Part shown: positions 51,670-64,000 of the stretch, piece after piece
How positions within the stretch are numbered: the first letter of the stretch is position 1
Layout of the letters: each line of letters opens with the position of its first letter
Source of the DNA: Lama guanicoe
Lineage: Eukaryota
Direction: 5' to 3'
Length of the DNA stretch: 64,000 bases
Assembly (NCBI GenBank): GCA_013239625.1
Contig: MU054187.1
Span: 21,145,280 to 21,209,279, forward strand
Made by a program: the position numbers and the translations under genes
The notes under the pieces: model-generated
Seen by the model: only the letters and a program-made list of their open reading frames with translations
The model's database searches: none
Told to the model about the DNA's origin: nothing

Positions 51670-52260
51670 CGTATTCTCCTCTCCCTGGCAAAGACAAATC
51701 AGTTTTCAGTCCCTATAGTTGTACCTTTGCAAGAATATCACATAAGCCTGAACATACAATATGTAGTCTTTTTAAACTGTTGCTTCTTTTTTTTCACTTA
51801 GCATTTGAGGTTCATCCATTTTGTTCCAGGTATTAATAATCTGTTTCTTTTTATGCTGAGTAATATTCCATCATGTGGATATGTCAGTTTTTTTTATATA
51901 TATATATATATTTAGTTGATTGATGTCTTTTTTTTAAATTGAAGTATAGTCAGTTATAATTGTCAATTTCTAGTAGACAGCATAATGTCCAAGTCATACA
52001 TTACATACATATATTCATTTTCATGTTTTTTCATTAAAGGTTATTATGAGATATTGAATATAGTTCCCTGTGCTATACAGGAGAAGTTTGTTTTTTTATC
52101 TATTTTTATATATAGTAGTTAAACAGTTTGTTTATTCATTACCGATTGAAATTTTACCATTTTGAATTCTCACCAAAAATAAATGAGAGTTTTAATTGCC
52201 TCACACTTTTGCCATCATTAGGTGTTGTCAGCATTTTGTCTAATAGTTATGTGGTGGTGA
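51670..52260 (-). mobile_element. Old L1 3' region (L1MC/ME-like) interrupted by a younger L1 piece
   Basis: ttttcacttagcatttgaggttcatccatt...gctgagtaatattccatcatgtggatatg, resuming at cagtttgtttattcatt. Confidence 0.7.
51896..52123 (-). mobile_element. L1 3' UTR fragment with extra 3' sequence
   Basis: aattgaagtatagtcagtta...aaggttattatgagatattgaatatagttccctgtgctatacag, flanked by cagtttttt (~51887) / cagtttgttt (~52124). Confidence 0.75.
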
Positions 52261-54179
52261 TATTTTGTAAATAATAAGCATTTTCTTCAAGCATATGAAA
52301 GTTTAAAATAGTCTTCATATTAACTTGGAATTATAAATCTGTACACTTTCTTTTTAAAAAATTTCACATTTTCTCCTTTACTTCAGAATTTTCAGGAGGA
52401 GAAACTCTGTTCAATTGCATTTTCTGTGAAATTTTTTAAGGCACTGTGAGATCTCTGAAGATTCAAAATTGTATAAGAAATGGTCTCTATCTTCAGGTTG
52501 CTCATAATTTGTTGGAATTACTGAGGGGGAGCCCTGAATAGATTTAGCAGAGAGACCACTATGCAGCCCACCATTGAATGAGTAAATATTTTTGATTGAT
52601 CAGTATGGACTAGAAAAGCATTTGTGCTGTTTGTGACCATAGGGCAGAAAAGAGCTTTCAAAGATCACATTTAGACATTCAAAATCACCTTCACTTTTGA
52701 GCTAGCTGCAGTAATACTTATTCTTTTTCCGTTTGTTTTAGAACCCTTAAATGTGGACATTAGTGTATTCAAACCCATGGAGCAGGTGAAATGGTGCCCT
52801 GCAGGAGACAGAAGAACCGAGAAAAGGGAAAAAGGGCAGTGTTCTGAGTACAACCTTAGGTCTGTGCTGTCTTAAACTGGCAAATACTTTCATCTTATGA
52901 TTTGCTTAAGTCTCAATAATATTAATAGAAATTTTTAGTCATTTCTCTGAATTCAAAAGCTAAGAGCTTTCCGTTTTATTTTTAAAATCATCTAATTCAA
53001 CTTCCCACCTCACTGCCCATCACAATTCATATCCCACGGTTAAGCATTAGAGCTTTTCCGGGACAGATGGGTTTTTACTTCCGGCTGTAGTCCTTCAGCT
53101 CTTGACTCTTGTCCTTAGATTTGCACTACAGTTGTTTGTATGGGTCCTTGATAGGCTAAGGCATAAATAGCAACTTCTAATTGACTTTGAAAATTCTTCT
53201 CTGGGTCCAAGTATCCTCCGATGTTTTTCTCACATCCAGATATATGTTTGTGTTTCTCTGACCACCGTTTAAAAAACTCAACTGAACATAAGTGTTAAGT
53301 AAAAATAATGAGAAAAAAGAAATGCTTTGTAAACAATTGCTATTTTAAACAGGAGAGTATATCACTAAATATTTGGATATCAGACAGAAGCAAAGAAGGC
53401 AAACAGAGAGAAAAGCAAGAAAAGTTACAGAAATGCATTTGAGATGTTTGTTACTCTCTTACGTGGTTTTTACTTTTCAAACTCTTCTAAAATTTAAATT
53501 TTCTTGCCACACTCATTTTTGTATAAATATGAAGAAAGTCTATAAATATTCAGCATTGTGAGGACACAGCTACGTTGAAGTGGTCACCAAAAATTTTAGG
53601 GATGCTCTGTTTTGACATTAGGATCAGTTTATTTCAGCGCCTGCAATATGATTCTATTTAAATGCCTCGAATTTAAATGCTGCATATAGAATCTATTTTC
53701 TTCAGCAGCAAAACCTTTATAGGGCTTTTACTATTTGTTCACTTCCTTATTCCTCATACAATGGCCACTTTTGCTTGCTTTCTGCATGTCAAGAACTGTA
53801 AAAAAGCTTGGAGGCATAAAACTGAATCATATCTCATCGCTAATCTCAAGATGCTGAACTGTCAAATGTGGGCTAAGGTTTCCATGGGAGCCCCAATGGA
53901 AGGAGAAGACAGATGTTGACTTGGTAATTTCTGGGCAGCACCGAAGGATGAATAGAAGGGCTTCTCTGTCACAGAAGACAGCACTGAGGGAGGCAAGGAA
54001 GTGTTGAGCTGCATGTTTGCGTGCCGGCTTGGGGAAATGTATGTTCTATGAAGATTTTTGTATTGCAAGGATCAAGGTGGGGAATAATAGCAAAGAAACA
54101 GGGTTTGGTCGTTTGCATGTCATGCTACAGACAAATCTGTTTATCTACCACTCACTGAGTGGGAGTCGGCACACCACAC

Positions 54180-54560
54180 TGGCTGAGTGAATAGTGCTTT
54201 GGTTTGTGGAGTCAAAACGCCTGGCTTCCAGCACGGTCCTGACACTCCTCTGCTCTGTACCACCCGCTCTGCCCATTGGTTTCCTCATCTGTAAACAGAG
54301 GTGGACATACAGACATGCCTTATAAGGCCGTTGTGAAGTTTACTTGTGTTAATGCTTGTAAAGATGAGAAGACATGGTGACATTATTAAGTACTTAGTAC
54401 ACGCCAACTACTGTCACTACATTACTACATTGGTTGGTTAATTCTCCCTGCAATTTTATGAGATGGACCTTAATGCCCCACTTTACAGAAGAGAAACTCA
54501 TGCCCAGGGAGGCTAACTGACGAACCTAGCAGGACACAGGAAGTGAGTGGCAGTGCATGA
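54180..54560. mobile_element. Two adjacent MIR fragments (plus, then minus)
   Basis: ggtttcctcatctgtaaa...ccttataaggccgttgtgaag, followed by cccactttacagaagagaaactcatgcccagggaggctaactgac. Confidence 0.7.
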
Positions 54561-55016
54561 CAAAGCACCATTAGAAGCTTTCTTCTGCAGTAAGATAATA
54601 ACTTCAGGGAGTTTTGGCCTCTGTGACTCTATGAATTGGAGAATCATTGACACTAGTTAGGTAAGAAGTCGAAAATGAAGACAAGGAGGATCACTAGCAT
54701 GTCCTGGGTTTTTTTATTTTCTGTTAATATCTGAGAACTCACCTCTTAACAGCCTGAAGCTTCTGTCTAATCCACCAGCGAGCAGTGGAGCTGGCTGGCT
54801 GCCTTGTGGTGAGAACAGAGACTGGGAAACTTGTCACACATGAGGAGCTTGGAACACATGAGCTGCGTGCATGCTCACTCAGTCTCCACATGTAAGACCC
54901 TTTGTTCCTGCTGGTAGAGTGGGTGCTGGGGTCATGCCCTATGACCACAGTCTCAGTGTCTCTGAGAACCAGGCAGACACTGTGTAAAACAACTAGCTTA
55001 ATTCCATAATAGTTTC

Positions 55017-55268
55017 TTTTTTTTTTTTAATTGAAGTCTAGTCAGTTACAATATGTCAATTTCTGGTGTACAGCATAATGCTCCAGTCATGCATATACAT
55101 ACATATATTCACTTTCATTAAAGGTTATTACAGGATATTGAATAAATTTCCCTGTGCTATTCAGAAGCCATTTTTTAAAATCTATTTTTATATGTAGTGG
55201 TTATCATTTGCAAATCTCAAAACTCCCAGATTTATCCCTTCCCACCCCTTTCCCCTGGTAACCATAAG
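55017..55268 (-). mobile_element. L1 3' UTR fragment (same family as 2450-2656)
   Basis: Poly-T followed by aattgaagtctagtcagttacaatatgtcaatttctggtgtacagc...tttcccctggtaaccataag. Confidence 0.85.
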
Positions 55269-55810
55269 ATTTCTGAAGTTTATTCTTTGGATGCAGAACA
55301 TCTTTCTTTGAATTTTTCTTGATATGCATAGCCCTTCTGTTTAGCTTTTATTTCCCTATTTTTTTTTTGATATTGACTTGGATAAAATAGTGCCTCACTG
55401 TTCTCTTAATTCCATCCTAATAAATAAAATAATGCAAACTTGAATGAGCTCCAAAGCCAGTAACATGGTGAAGTGCAGTGCAGTTGCTGACAAATTGGGA
55501 GGAACGTGCCACATCTCGGCAAATGTGCTATGTAGTTCTGCCTCACTGCTGATGGATGAGGCCCCGGTATTTTCATTTTTTTGTCAATTTTTCAATGGAA
55601 GCAAAAGGAGTGGAGTCTTCTATTTTATCTTATTTTTCTTTCTGTGGATAATTAAAATAAAAAATACAAAACAAAACATTGCATGGGCCAACAGTTTGAT
55701 AGCCAGCCAAAACAAACACATTGTGTGACCTCCCAGTCAGCCGACTCTCTCTAGAGAGTGGTCAGTAGAAAATAGAAATGTTTAGATTTGCATGCTAGAT
55801 ACATCATTCT

Positions 55811-58800
55811 TCTTATTTATTTATTTAATTAAAGTATTGTTGATTTATAATGTGTTTCAGGTGTACATCAAAGTCATTCAGTTATAAATACACACACACA
55901 CACACACACATATATATTCTTTTTCAGATTCTTTTCCATTGTAGGTTATTACAAGATATTGAATGTAGTTCCCTGTGCTATACAGTAGGTCCTTGTTGGT
56001 TATCTATTTTATATATAGTAGTTTGTATCTGCTAACCCCAAACTCCTAATTCATCCTTCCCCTCTCCTTTCCTCTTTGGTAAACATAAGTTTGTTTTCTA
56101 TAGTCTATTTTTGTTCTGTAAATAAATTCATTTGTCTCATTTTTTTTTAGATTCCACATATAAGTGATATCATATGATATTTGTTGCTCAGTCTTTGGCT
56201 GACTTCACTTAGTGTGATAATCTCTAGATTCATGCATGTTGCAGCAAATGGCATTATTTCATTCTTTATGGCTGAGTGGTATTCCATGGTGTGTGTGTGT
56301 GTGTGTGTGTGTGCGCCACATCTTTATCCACGTATCTGTTGATGGACATTTAAGTTGCTCTCATGTCTTGGCTATTGTAAACAGTGTTGCTATGACTATT
56401 GGGGTGCATGTATCTTTTCAAATTATAGTTTTCTCTGGCTATATGTCTGGATGTGAGATCACTGGATCCTATGGTAACTCTACTTTTAGTTTTTTAAGTA
56501 ACCTCTATATTGCTCTCCATAGTGGCTGCACTAATTTACATTACCACCAAGAGTGTAAGAGGGTTCCTTTCTCTCCACATCCTCTCAGCATTTATTGTGT
56601 AATTTTTGATGATGACCATTCTGATTGGTGTGAGGTGATACTTCATTGTAGTTTTTTTAACATTTTTTATTGATGTATAATCATTTTACAATGTTGTGTC
56701 AAATTCAAGTGTTCAGCACAATTTTTCAGTCATTCATGGACATATACACACTCATTGTAACATTTTTTTCTCTGTGAGTTATCATAACATTTTGTGTATA
56801 TTTCCCTGTGCTATACAGTGTAATCTTGTTTATCTATTCTACAATTTTGAAATCCCAGTCTATCCCTTCCCACCCTCCACCCCCCTGGTAACCACAAGTC
56901 TGTATTCTCTGTCTGTGAGTCTATTTCTGTCCTGTATTTATGCTTTGTTTTTGTTTGTTTGTTTGTTTTTGTTTTTGTTTTTTAGATTCCACATATGAGC
57001 GATCTCATATGGTATTTTTCTTTCTCTTTCTGGCTTACTTCACTTAGAATGACATTCTCCAGGAGCATCCATGTTGCTGCAAATGGCATTATGTTGTCGG
57101 TTTTTATGGCTGAGTAGTATTCCATTGTATAAATATACCACATCTTCTTTATCCAGTCACCTGTTGATGGACATTTAGGCTGTTTCCATGTTTTGGCTAT
57201 TGTAAATAGTGCTGCTATGAACATTGGGGTGCAGGTGTCATCCTGAAGTAGATTTCCTTCTGGATACAAGCCCAGGAGTGGGATTCCTGGGTCATATGGT
57301 AAGTCTATTCCTAGTCTTTTGAGGAATCTCCACACTGTTTTCCATAGTGGCTGCACCAAACTGCATTCCCACCAGCAGTGTAGGAGGGTTCCCCTTTCTC
57401 CACAGCCTCTCCAGCATTTGTCATTTGTGGATTTTTGAATGACGGCCATTCTGACTGGTGTGAGGTGATACCTCATTGTAGTTTTTATTTGCATTTCTCT
57501 GATAATTAGTGATAATGAGCATTTTTTCATGTGCTTTTTGATCATTTGTATGTCTTCCTTGGAGAATTGCTTGTTTAGGTCTTCTGCCCATTATAGTTTT
57601 GATTTGTAGTTCTCTAATAATTAGTAGTGTTGAACATCTTTTCATGTGCCTGTTGACCATCTGGATATCTTCTTTGGAAAAATGTCTATTTAGAGCTTCT
57701 ACACATTTTTTTTTCTGATTGAGTTGTTTGTTTTTTTGATATTGAGTTGTATGAGCTGTTTGTATATTTGGGAAAGTAACCCCTTGTCTGTCACATCATT
57801 TGCAAATATTTTCCCCATTCCATAGGTTGTCTTTTTGTTTTGTTTATGGCCTTCTTTGCTGTGCAAAATCTTTTAAGTTTAATTAGTTCCCATTTGCTTA
57901 TTTTTTCTTTATTTCCATTACTCTAGGAGATGGATCAAAAAAATATTGCTGTGATTTATGTCAAAGAGTGTTCTCCCTATGTTTTTCTCTAGGACTTTTA
58001 TAGTATCTGGTCTTACATTTAGGTCTTTAATCTATTTTGAGTTTGTTTTTGTATGTGGTATTAGAGAATGTTCTAATTTCAGTCTTTTTCAGATAGCTGT
58101 CCAGTTTTCCCAGCACCACTTATTGAAGAGACTGTCTTTTCTCCATTGTATATTGTTCCCTCCTTTGTCGTAGATTAATTGACCATAAATGCAGGGGTTT
58201 ATTTCTAGGTTTTCTATTCTGTTGGATTGATCTAAAAGTCTGTGTGTGTGTGTGTGTGTGTATACGTGTGTGTGCGCGCGCACCAGTACTGTGCTGTTTT
58301 GATTCCTGTAGCTTTGTAGTATAGTCTGAAGTCAGGAAGCCTGTTTCCTCCAGTTCCATTCTTTTTTCTAAGCATTGCTTTGTCTATTTGGGATCTTTTG
58401 TGTTTCCATACAAATTAAATTTTTTTTGTTCTATTTCTGTGAAAAAATGCCATGGGTAATTTGATAGAGATTGCACTAAATCTGTATATTGCCTTGGTTA
58501 GTATGGTCATTTTAACAGTATTGATTCTTCCAGTCCAGGAATATGACGTTTCTTTCCATTTGTTTGTGCCGTCTTCAGTTTCTTTCATCACTGTCTAATA
58601 GTTTTCAGAGGACAGATATTTTGCGTCCTTAGGGAGGTTTATCCCTACGTATTTTATTCTTTTTGAGGGAGTGTTAAATGGGATTGTTTCCTCAATTTCT
58701 CTTTCTGATATTTCATTGTCAGCATATAGAAATGCAACAGATTTTTGTGTATTAATTTTGTATCCTGCAACTTTACTGAATTCATTGATGAACTCCTTGT

Positions 58801-59140
58801 CTCTTGTAACAATTTTTGTTTTAAAGTCTTTTTTGTCTGATATAAGTATTGCTACTCCAGCTGTCTTTTGATTTCCATTTGCATGGAATACTTTGTTCCA
58901 TCCCCTCACTTTCAGTCTCTGTGTGTCTTTAGATCTGAAATGGGTCTCTTGTAGACAGCACATTTACGAGTCTTATTTTTGTATTCAGCCAGTCTACGTC
59001 TTTTGGTTGGAGCATTAAATCTTTTTACATTTAAAGTTATTGTCATTATGTATGTTGTTATTGCCTTTTTGTTAATTGGTTTGGATTTGTTTTTATAGGT
59101 TTGTTTCCCTTTTCTTCTTTTGTTCTCTTGTGATTTCATG
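55811..59140 (-). mobile_element. Middle-aged L1: ORF2 start joined to the post-RT region by an internal deletion, plus 3' UTR; contains a nested young L1
   Basis: Minus-strand ORFs give ITLNV...NAPTKRRRLAE, CCLQETHF...AGVAILISDK, INEFSKVAGYKIN and [16 protein letters not shown]. The 17-bp TSD is gctagatacatcattct (55794-55810) / gctagatggatcattct (59141-59157). Confidence 0.92.
56656..57588 (-). mobile_element. Young 5'-truncated L1 nested in the older L1
   Basis: Open frame 56982-57545 (187 aa) carries the cysteine-rich motif and is nearly identical to 20205-20753. TSD cattgtagtttt (56644-56655) / cattatagtttt (57589-57600). Confidence 0.95.
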
Positions 59141-59169
59141 GCTAGATGGATCATTCTAACTGACCTTTT

Positions 59170-59600
59170 AGTCTACCTGTGTTATCATCATAGAGATTTT
59201 AGTGAAACCATGAAAGAAGACGACAGTTTCAGAGACACAGATAAAGCGGAACAATCAAAAGAGGCTGTAGTTGAATCCTAGGCATAACCAATAATGAGAG
59301 GAGGGCATATGGAAGAGATAAGGAATGAGGAGGAGAAATGAGTTTAAAAGAAGGAAGCATTATATGCTTCAGGAGGAGCCAGTGAAGTAAAGGCTGAACA
59401 AGTCCTTTAAATTTATCAGGAAATTAATAGGAGGAGTTTGGTAGATTGGAAGAATGGCAGTGGTCAATGTATGCTACTCTTTTGAGAAATTTAGATTAGA
59501 AAGGAAAGAATAGGTGTTGAAAGTCAGTGTATATAACGGGATTGAGGTACCAGGAAAGGGTTTATTTTTATGAAAAAGACTTTAAAATATTTATTATAGG
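59170..59600 (-). mobile_element. L2 remnant
   Basis: Purine-rich decayed block with gtttaaaagaaggaagc...aaggctgaaca...ctactctttttgagaaattt. Confidence 0.45.
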
Positions 59601-60974
59601 GCCATTTCTATAATGCTTACTCAAAAGGAGGAAGGAAACTGCTTTTTATTAGCGATTACCAAAAGCCAGTTCCGTAGGTTTTTAGGTTACCTCATTAATT
59701 CTCGCAACTCTGCTGAAATGTAGCTAAATATCCTTCTGTTATAGATGTGGGAAAATTAGTTTCATGAAGTTACATATCTTTCAGGAAATTACAAGACTTT
59801 GTAGTCAGCATTTTTCATTTTGTTTGTTATCCACTCAACAGCTGGTCCAGAAAGATTTAAGATAATTTAGAAGGATATTTAGTACAAAATTATGAGAATG
59901 GAGATAACCAGTCTTCAGTTTTTTCTTTATAGCACACTACCAGGACAATATATTTGAGTTTTTAATTTTTGTGTTAAAACTGTGTTCCAGGTTTAATTTG
60001 CTTCCTGCATATCATAGTTCTGGCTTTCTTTGGGAAATAAAACATTAAGAAATGTTTTGTCTCATCTTTTAGCCAGATAAACTGGAATGGAGGGAAGAAA
60101 TCTGCTGACGTTTAATTTATGTTTTGTTATCAATAAGGATTATGATATAAAACTTTAGCTTTCATAGTTGGTCAGGATAAAATTACCTTCATTTTATTTA
60201 TTTGCAGTGTGTTTGAATTAATTGAGAAACACGGGCTCCCTCTTGTGACAAAATCAGTGATTTTTAAATGTTTTTTGTGTGCCAAACTGAATCACTCATC
60301 TATGCCTTTTTAACTATTTTCAAATAATATTATATATAAAATTATTTGACATTATTCTTTTCTTTTATAATTATTCAATTTTTTAAAAAAGAGACCAATA
60401 TTTGATTCTAACTTCTATGAAAAATGTGTATAATATTTGAAAATATTGAATTTAAAAGATGTGTTGCAAATAACAAGGAAAAGAGGAAAACAAATTGTCT
60501 TCCCTTCTTTTGTGTTTTATATGTATTGTTAGATGTTTTTGAAAACCCTTTGGAGAAATTAAATTAGTTCTTGTAATATTTTGACTGACTGCCCGTCCAA
60601 GCTATGCATACAATTTACTTTATATTCTGAATGTTCCCCATGTTCGATAGGCGTGCTTACATTTCCCCAAATGCATGGTGTTTCAGTCTGATTTACTTTG
60701 CAAACTATCCACATGTATTGTTTCTGCTTTCCTCAAGGAAGCAGCATGCATGTTAACTGTTAGGAATGCCCACAAAGAGGAAATCTAACAAGAAAGTATT
60801 ACAATTACAGTTATTTTTAAATTGAAAGCTTCTTTGCTGTGTGTCTACATGCCTGTGTCTGTGTGTGTGTGTGTGCGTGACAGAATGTAGTAAGAAAAAA
60901 CTCACTTAATGGTTGAAGTCGTGGACCTAGCTCTCAAAGGGTCTTTTAAGGTCATCTCAATACCAGGCTGTGAA

Positions 60975-61100
60975 TTAAAAGCGCTGGATTTAATCTTGGC
61001 TCTGTCATGAACTACCTACCTACACGGCCTTGGGCAAGTCCTCTTCTTTCTTGGAATGTTGATTTTCTCACCTGTATAATAAGATAATTAGACCAGATCA
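60975..61100 (+). mobile_element. MIR/MIR3 fragment
   Basis: ctggatttaatcttggctctgtca...ggccttgggcaagtc...ttttctcacctgtataataag...tagaccagatc. Confidence 0.65.
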
Positions 61101-62714
61101 GTGCTTCTCAACTTACTGCGTAAACACATCGGTGCGAAATAACATATTTCCATGACTCACTTGAGTATTAATTATTAAGACTGTGTCTGTGGGGTGACAG
61201 AAGAGACTTTGGCAGCACGTGAATGTAGAGATTTCAGGAGTGAAGGCTGTAACACACAGCCTAAGCCATGATGTCTCGAGTCAACAGGGGTGCCACTTAA
61301 GGACCGTTTTCCACAGGTTAATAGTAAACCAGCTAGGGTCCCAGGTTTCTATTTTACATTCTACAAAGGCTAAACCATCTTCGCCTTGCAATACTGGTAG
61401 GTAGTATGAGAACCAGATCTGGGATTTTACTCTGCTACTTGTAGTATTATTATTTTTTAATGTCTATAATTCACAAATGGTCCAGCATTCTGCTGGAGTC
61501 ATAAAACTCTAGGCTGTCTATTGTCCACCAATTTCCCAAACTTAAAAGGCTCGGCATGAGCTTTCCTTCCACACCAAATGCTGTCAGCCTACATTTTGTT
61601 TGCACAGCCTGCTTCAGTCATTGGTGTCCCCAGTGAGACTCCAGGAGGCCTTTGCGTCTGTGGCCTGATATGGCATATCAGGAAAGGGTGTTCATTACCT
61701 CTGTCACTAGTGATGTCTTTTGCCCTGAGAACTTCCGTGCCCCCAGCTCCTCCCCAGGCTGAAACCCAAGCTTCTCTAGGGAACAACTGCCAGGTTCTTG
61801 ACCTGCTCAGGGATGCACCCCATCTCTGAATCAGCTTGTCTGCATCCCAGCTCTCTTTTTACTGTTACATTTTGTGGTTTCTCGCTCCCTTTTGAGTGAT
61901 ACCTGTGTAGATGGCTTGCCTCTCCTTTGAGTTTCCCTTTATTTCTGGACTCCATATCTCAGATCATAGGCAGGTCCACAGTCTGGGGTCCATAGAGCAA
62001 TCCTTCCTTTTACCCTGGACCTTGGCCAAGTGCTGATTCATCTGAGAAAGTCAATCAGTCAAGCTAAAATGAACCACAGCAAGGGGTGGCTGCAACCAGA
62101 TGTTTAACACTCTGTCATTCATCCATTCCTAGTTAAGGCTAAACACATTTATTGAAAGACTACAATGTAGTAATTAGATCCCTTTTGTGTTAAGAAATTT
62201 GGTACCAGATGAAGACCTTTTGTGGAAAGCTCAGGACAGAGAACTGATGGTTCAGGGAGATCTGTGAAAATAAGATGGACATGGGTATCTAGGCGTGGAC
62301 AGCCAGAGCTACAGATGTATGTAGTTTTTTGTTCACTCAAGAAAATCTGTTGTTTGCCTTCTATGTGTTGAATACCGTTTTAAGATTCTACTGAGAAAGA
62401 CAGACACAGAGGAAGTGAATACATTAAAATATGTATTATATTGTGGGTGTCGGTAATAGAACATACACACTTTTGTGTAACAGCAACAGGAGCCCTCATT
62501 CTGCCTAGTAGCTCTCACACTGGCTTAACATATAAATGAGTTTATATATAAGTCCGAGTCAATGCATTTTTTTGTTGTAGTTATTAAAATAGATAAATTA
62601 CTAGGAAGGGGCTCCTTGGATGGAAAGAGGGACCTTCCACTTTCAGCAACCACCCTCCAGCCCAACCACCCTATCTTATATACAGACCTAGTTTCTTATC
62701 CTAAGCGTTATGGC

Positions 62715-62715
<1 letters not shown>

Positions 62716-62749
<34 letters not shown>

Positions 62750-62773
62750 TGAGTGTGTGTGAGAGAGAGAGAG
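62716..62773. repeat. (TG)16 plus (GA)n compound microsatellite
   Basis: Seen directly. Confidence 0.9.
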
Positions 62774-64000
62774 GGAGCGCTGAGAGGTTTTCTGCTTTAG
62801 TTGTCAGCATGTTTGAATTGATGAACAATTCATGGACAATTTCCATTTGATGACTTGTTAAAAATAATGTTAATTGTAAAAATGCAGCTTTTTCTTTTTT
62901 GCCTCAGTTCAGTTTCTGGCCGTCTACAGAGTGCACAGTTTAGAGAGAGAGAAAGAGATGAACAAATCCTTACACAGGATTATTCACACTCTAGAATTTG
63001 TGCTCTCTTAAAGCACTGGTAGGGGCTGTTTTTCTTTGCTGCACGAGGAAAATAACTTCAGAGCATCACCTCTGTGACTCTGAATTGGGGAATCATTAAT
63101 CCTAGTTTGGTTAAAAAAAAAAAAGCCCAAAATGAACATAAGGTGAACAACTGCTATGCCTTTCCTGAATCTTGGGGCTTTGTAATTTTAGTCAATGCTT
63201 GGGAACCCACCTCTCAGAGTCCGAATCCTCTCTAATCCATCAGTGAGCAGTGAAGATGGTTGGTTGACTTGTGGTCCAAACAGGGACTAAGATCTCACTA
63301 CTGATGAAAATCTTAGGATATATGAGCTTCATGCGTCTCTACTCATTCTCCATGTTTAAAACTCTTAGCACCATGCTTGGGTGCTGGGGTCATGAAAGTT
63401 CCTTTCTCTTTCTGTTTTGCATTCTTCCAGAGGAAATTCAGCATCTGAAGTGGTATAATGAGCTACGTTTATCCTCAGATGTAATGATAATGTGCAAGTA
63501 TCCAGCAAACATGGGTTCCAGCCCCATTCAGATCATGGAACCAGAATATTAAGCTCATAGCACAGGATTTGTGAACTATCTGATTTTCTTCCTGGTCTCA
63601 CTGTCTCTGTGCTGATTGTAGAGTGATCTCCTCTTAGGAGATTGAAAAATAAGTCCTTAACAGAAATTTGCCTCTCCTAACATATGTCTATTATTTATAT
63701 TGATCTTTCTTTGTGTCTTTCTTAATTGCTATTTTAATTCAGGACAGAGCAGGACTGCACGAGGTGTATCCGCATCTCAGATGCAGAAGTCGTCCGTGGG
63801 CTCTGGAAGCACTGAGCACCTTCAGCAGCAGGGAGAGAAGGGATGTTATGTTTCTTGATGGATTCGAGAAAGAAGAAAGCTTATGATCCTGTCTGAGTGC
63901 TGCTTGCAGAGCTCTTTCCCATTACTCAAAACCCTTTCCTTTATAGCTATATTCTCTTTTTCACCATAAATGTCCCCACACGTTCTTTGGCTAAACCCAG

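Noticed and set aside
54737..54948. Consensus minus-strand donor AG|GTGAGT with a 69-aa ORF
   Set aside because: No matching acceptor or homology; isolated donor consensus sequences are common.
225..63552. Remaining 60-135-aa ORFs in the supplied track
   Set aside because: Many start at non-ATG codons, overlap repeats or low-complexity DNA, and show no recognisable domains; consistent with chance ORFs.
63743..63890. Acceptor-like site followed by a CpG-containing open stretch
   Set aside because: No convincing donor, no recognisable peptide, and all frames stop within about 50 codons.

Overview
This is AT-rich mammalian non-coding DNA, most likely camelid (alpaca, llama or camel). The basis for that assignment is three tRNA-Ala-derived SINEs of the camelid vic-1 type. 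I could not recognise any host protein-coding exon, RNA gene or CRISPR-like system. The only ORFs with recognisable homology are LINE-1 ORF2 remnants. The window is a mosaic of transposable elements: young and old L1, vic-1-like SINEs, MIR, L2, MLT1 (MaLR) solo LTRs, and Tigger2, MER53, MER94, MER5 and MER20 DNA-transposon relics, plus microsatellites. Most L1 pieces lie on the minus strand, which suggests a long intron of a plus-strand gene (inference). The most interesting directly visible structures are L1 integration anomalies: (1) a 3.3-kb TSD-bounded L1 with an in-frame internal ORF2 deletion of about 1.9 kb and a younger L1 nested in it; (2) three 5'-inverted (twin-primed) insertions, one of which joins the last ~40 nt of L1 to an inverted endonuclease fragment; (3) two probable micro 3' transductions; (4) an inverted pair of near-identical young L1 3' ends about 36 kb apart. 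There is also an unidentified ~500-bp insert splitting an MLT1J-like LTR and a perfect 39-bp tandem duplication. I found no convincing previously undescribed biological system. Repeat subfamily names come from recalled consensus sequences, and boundaries of old repeats are approximate.
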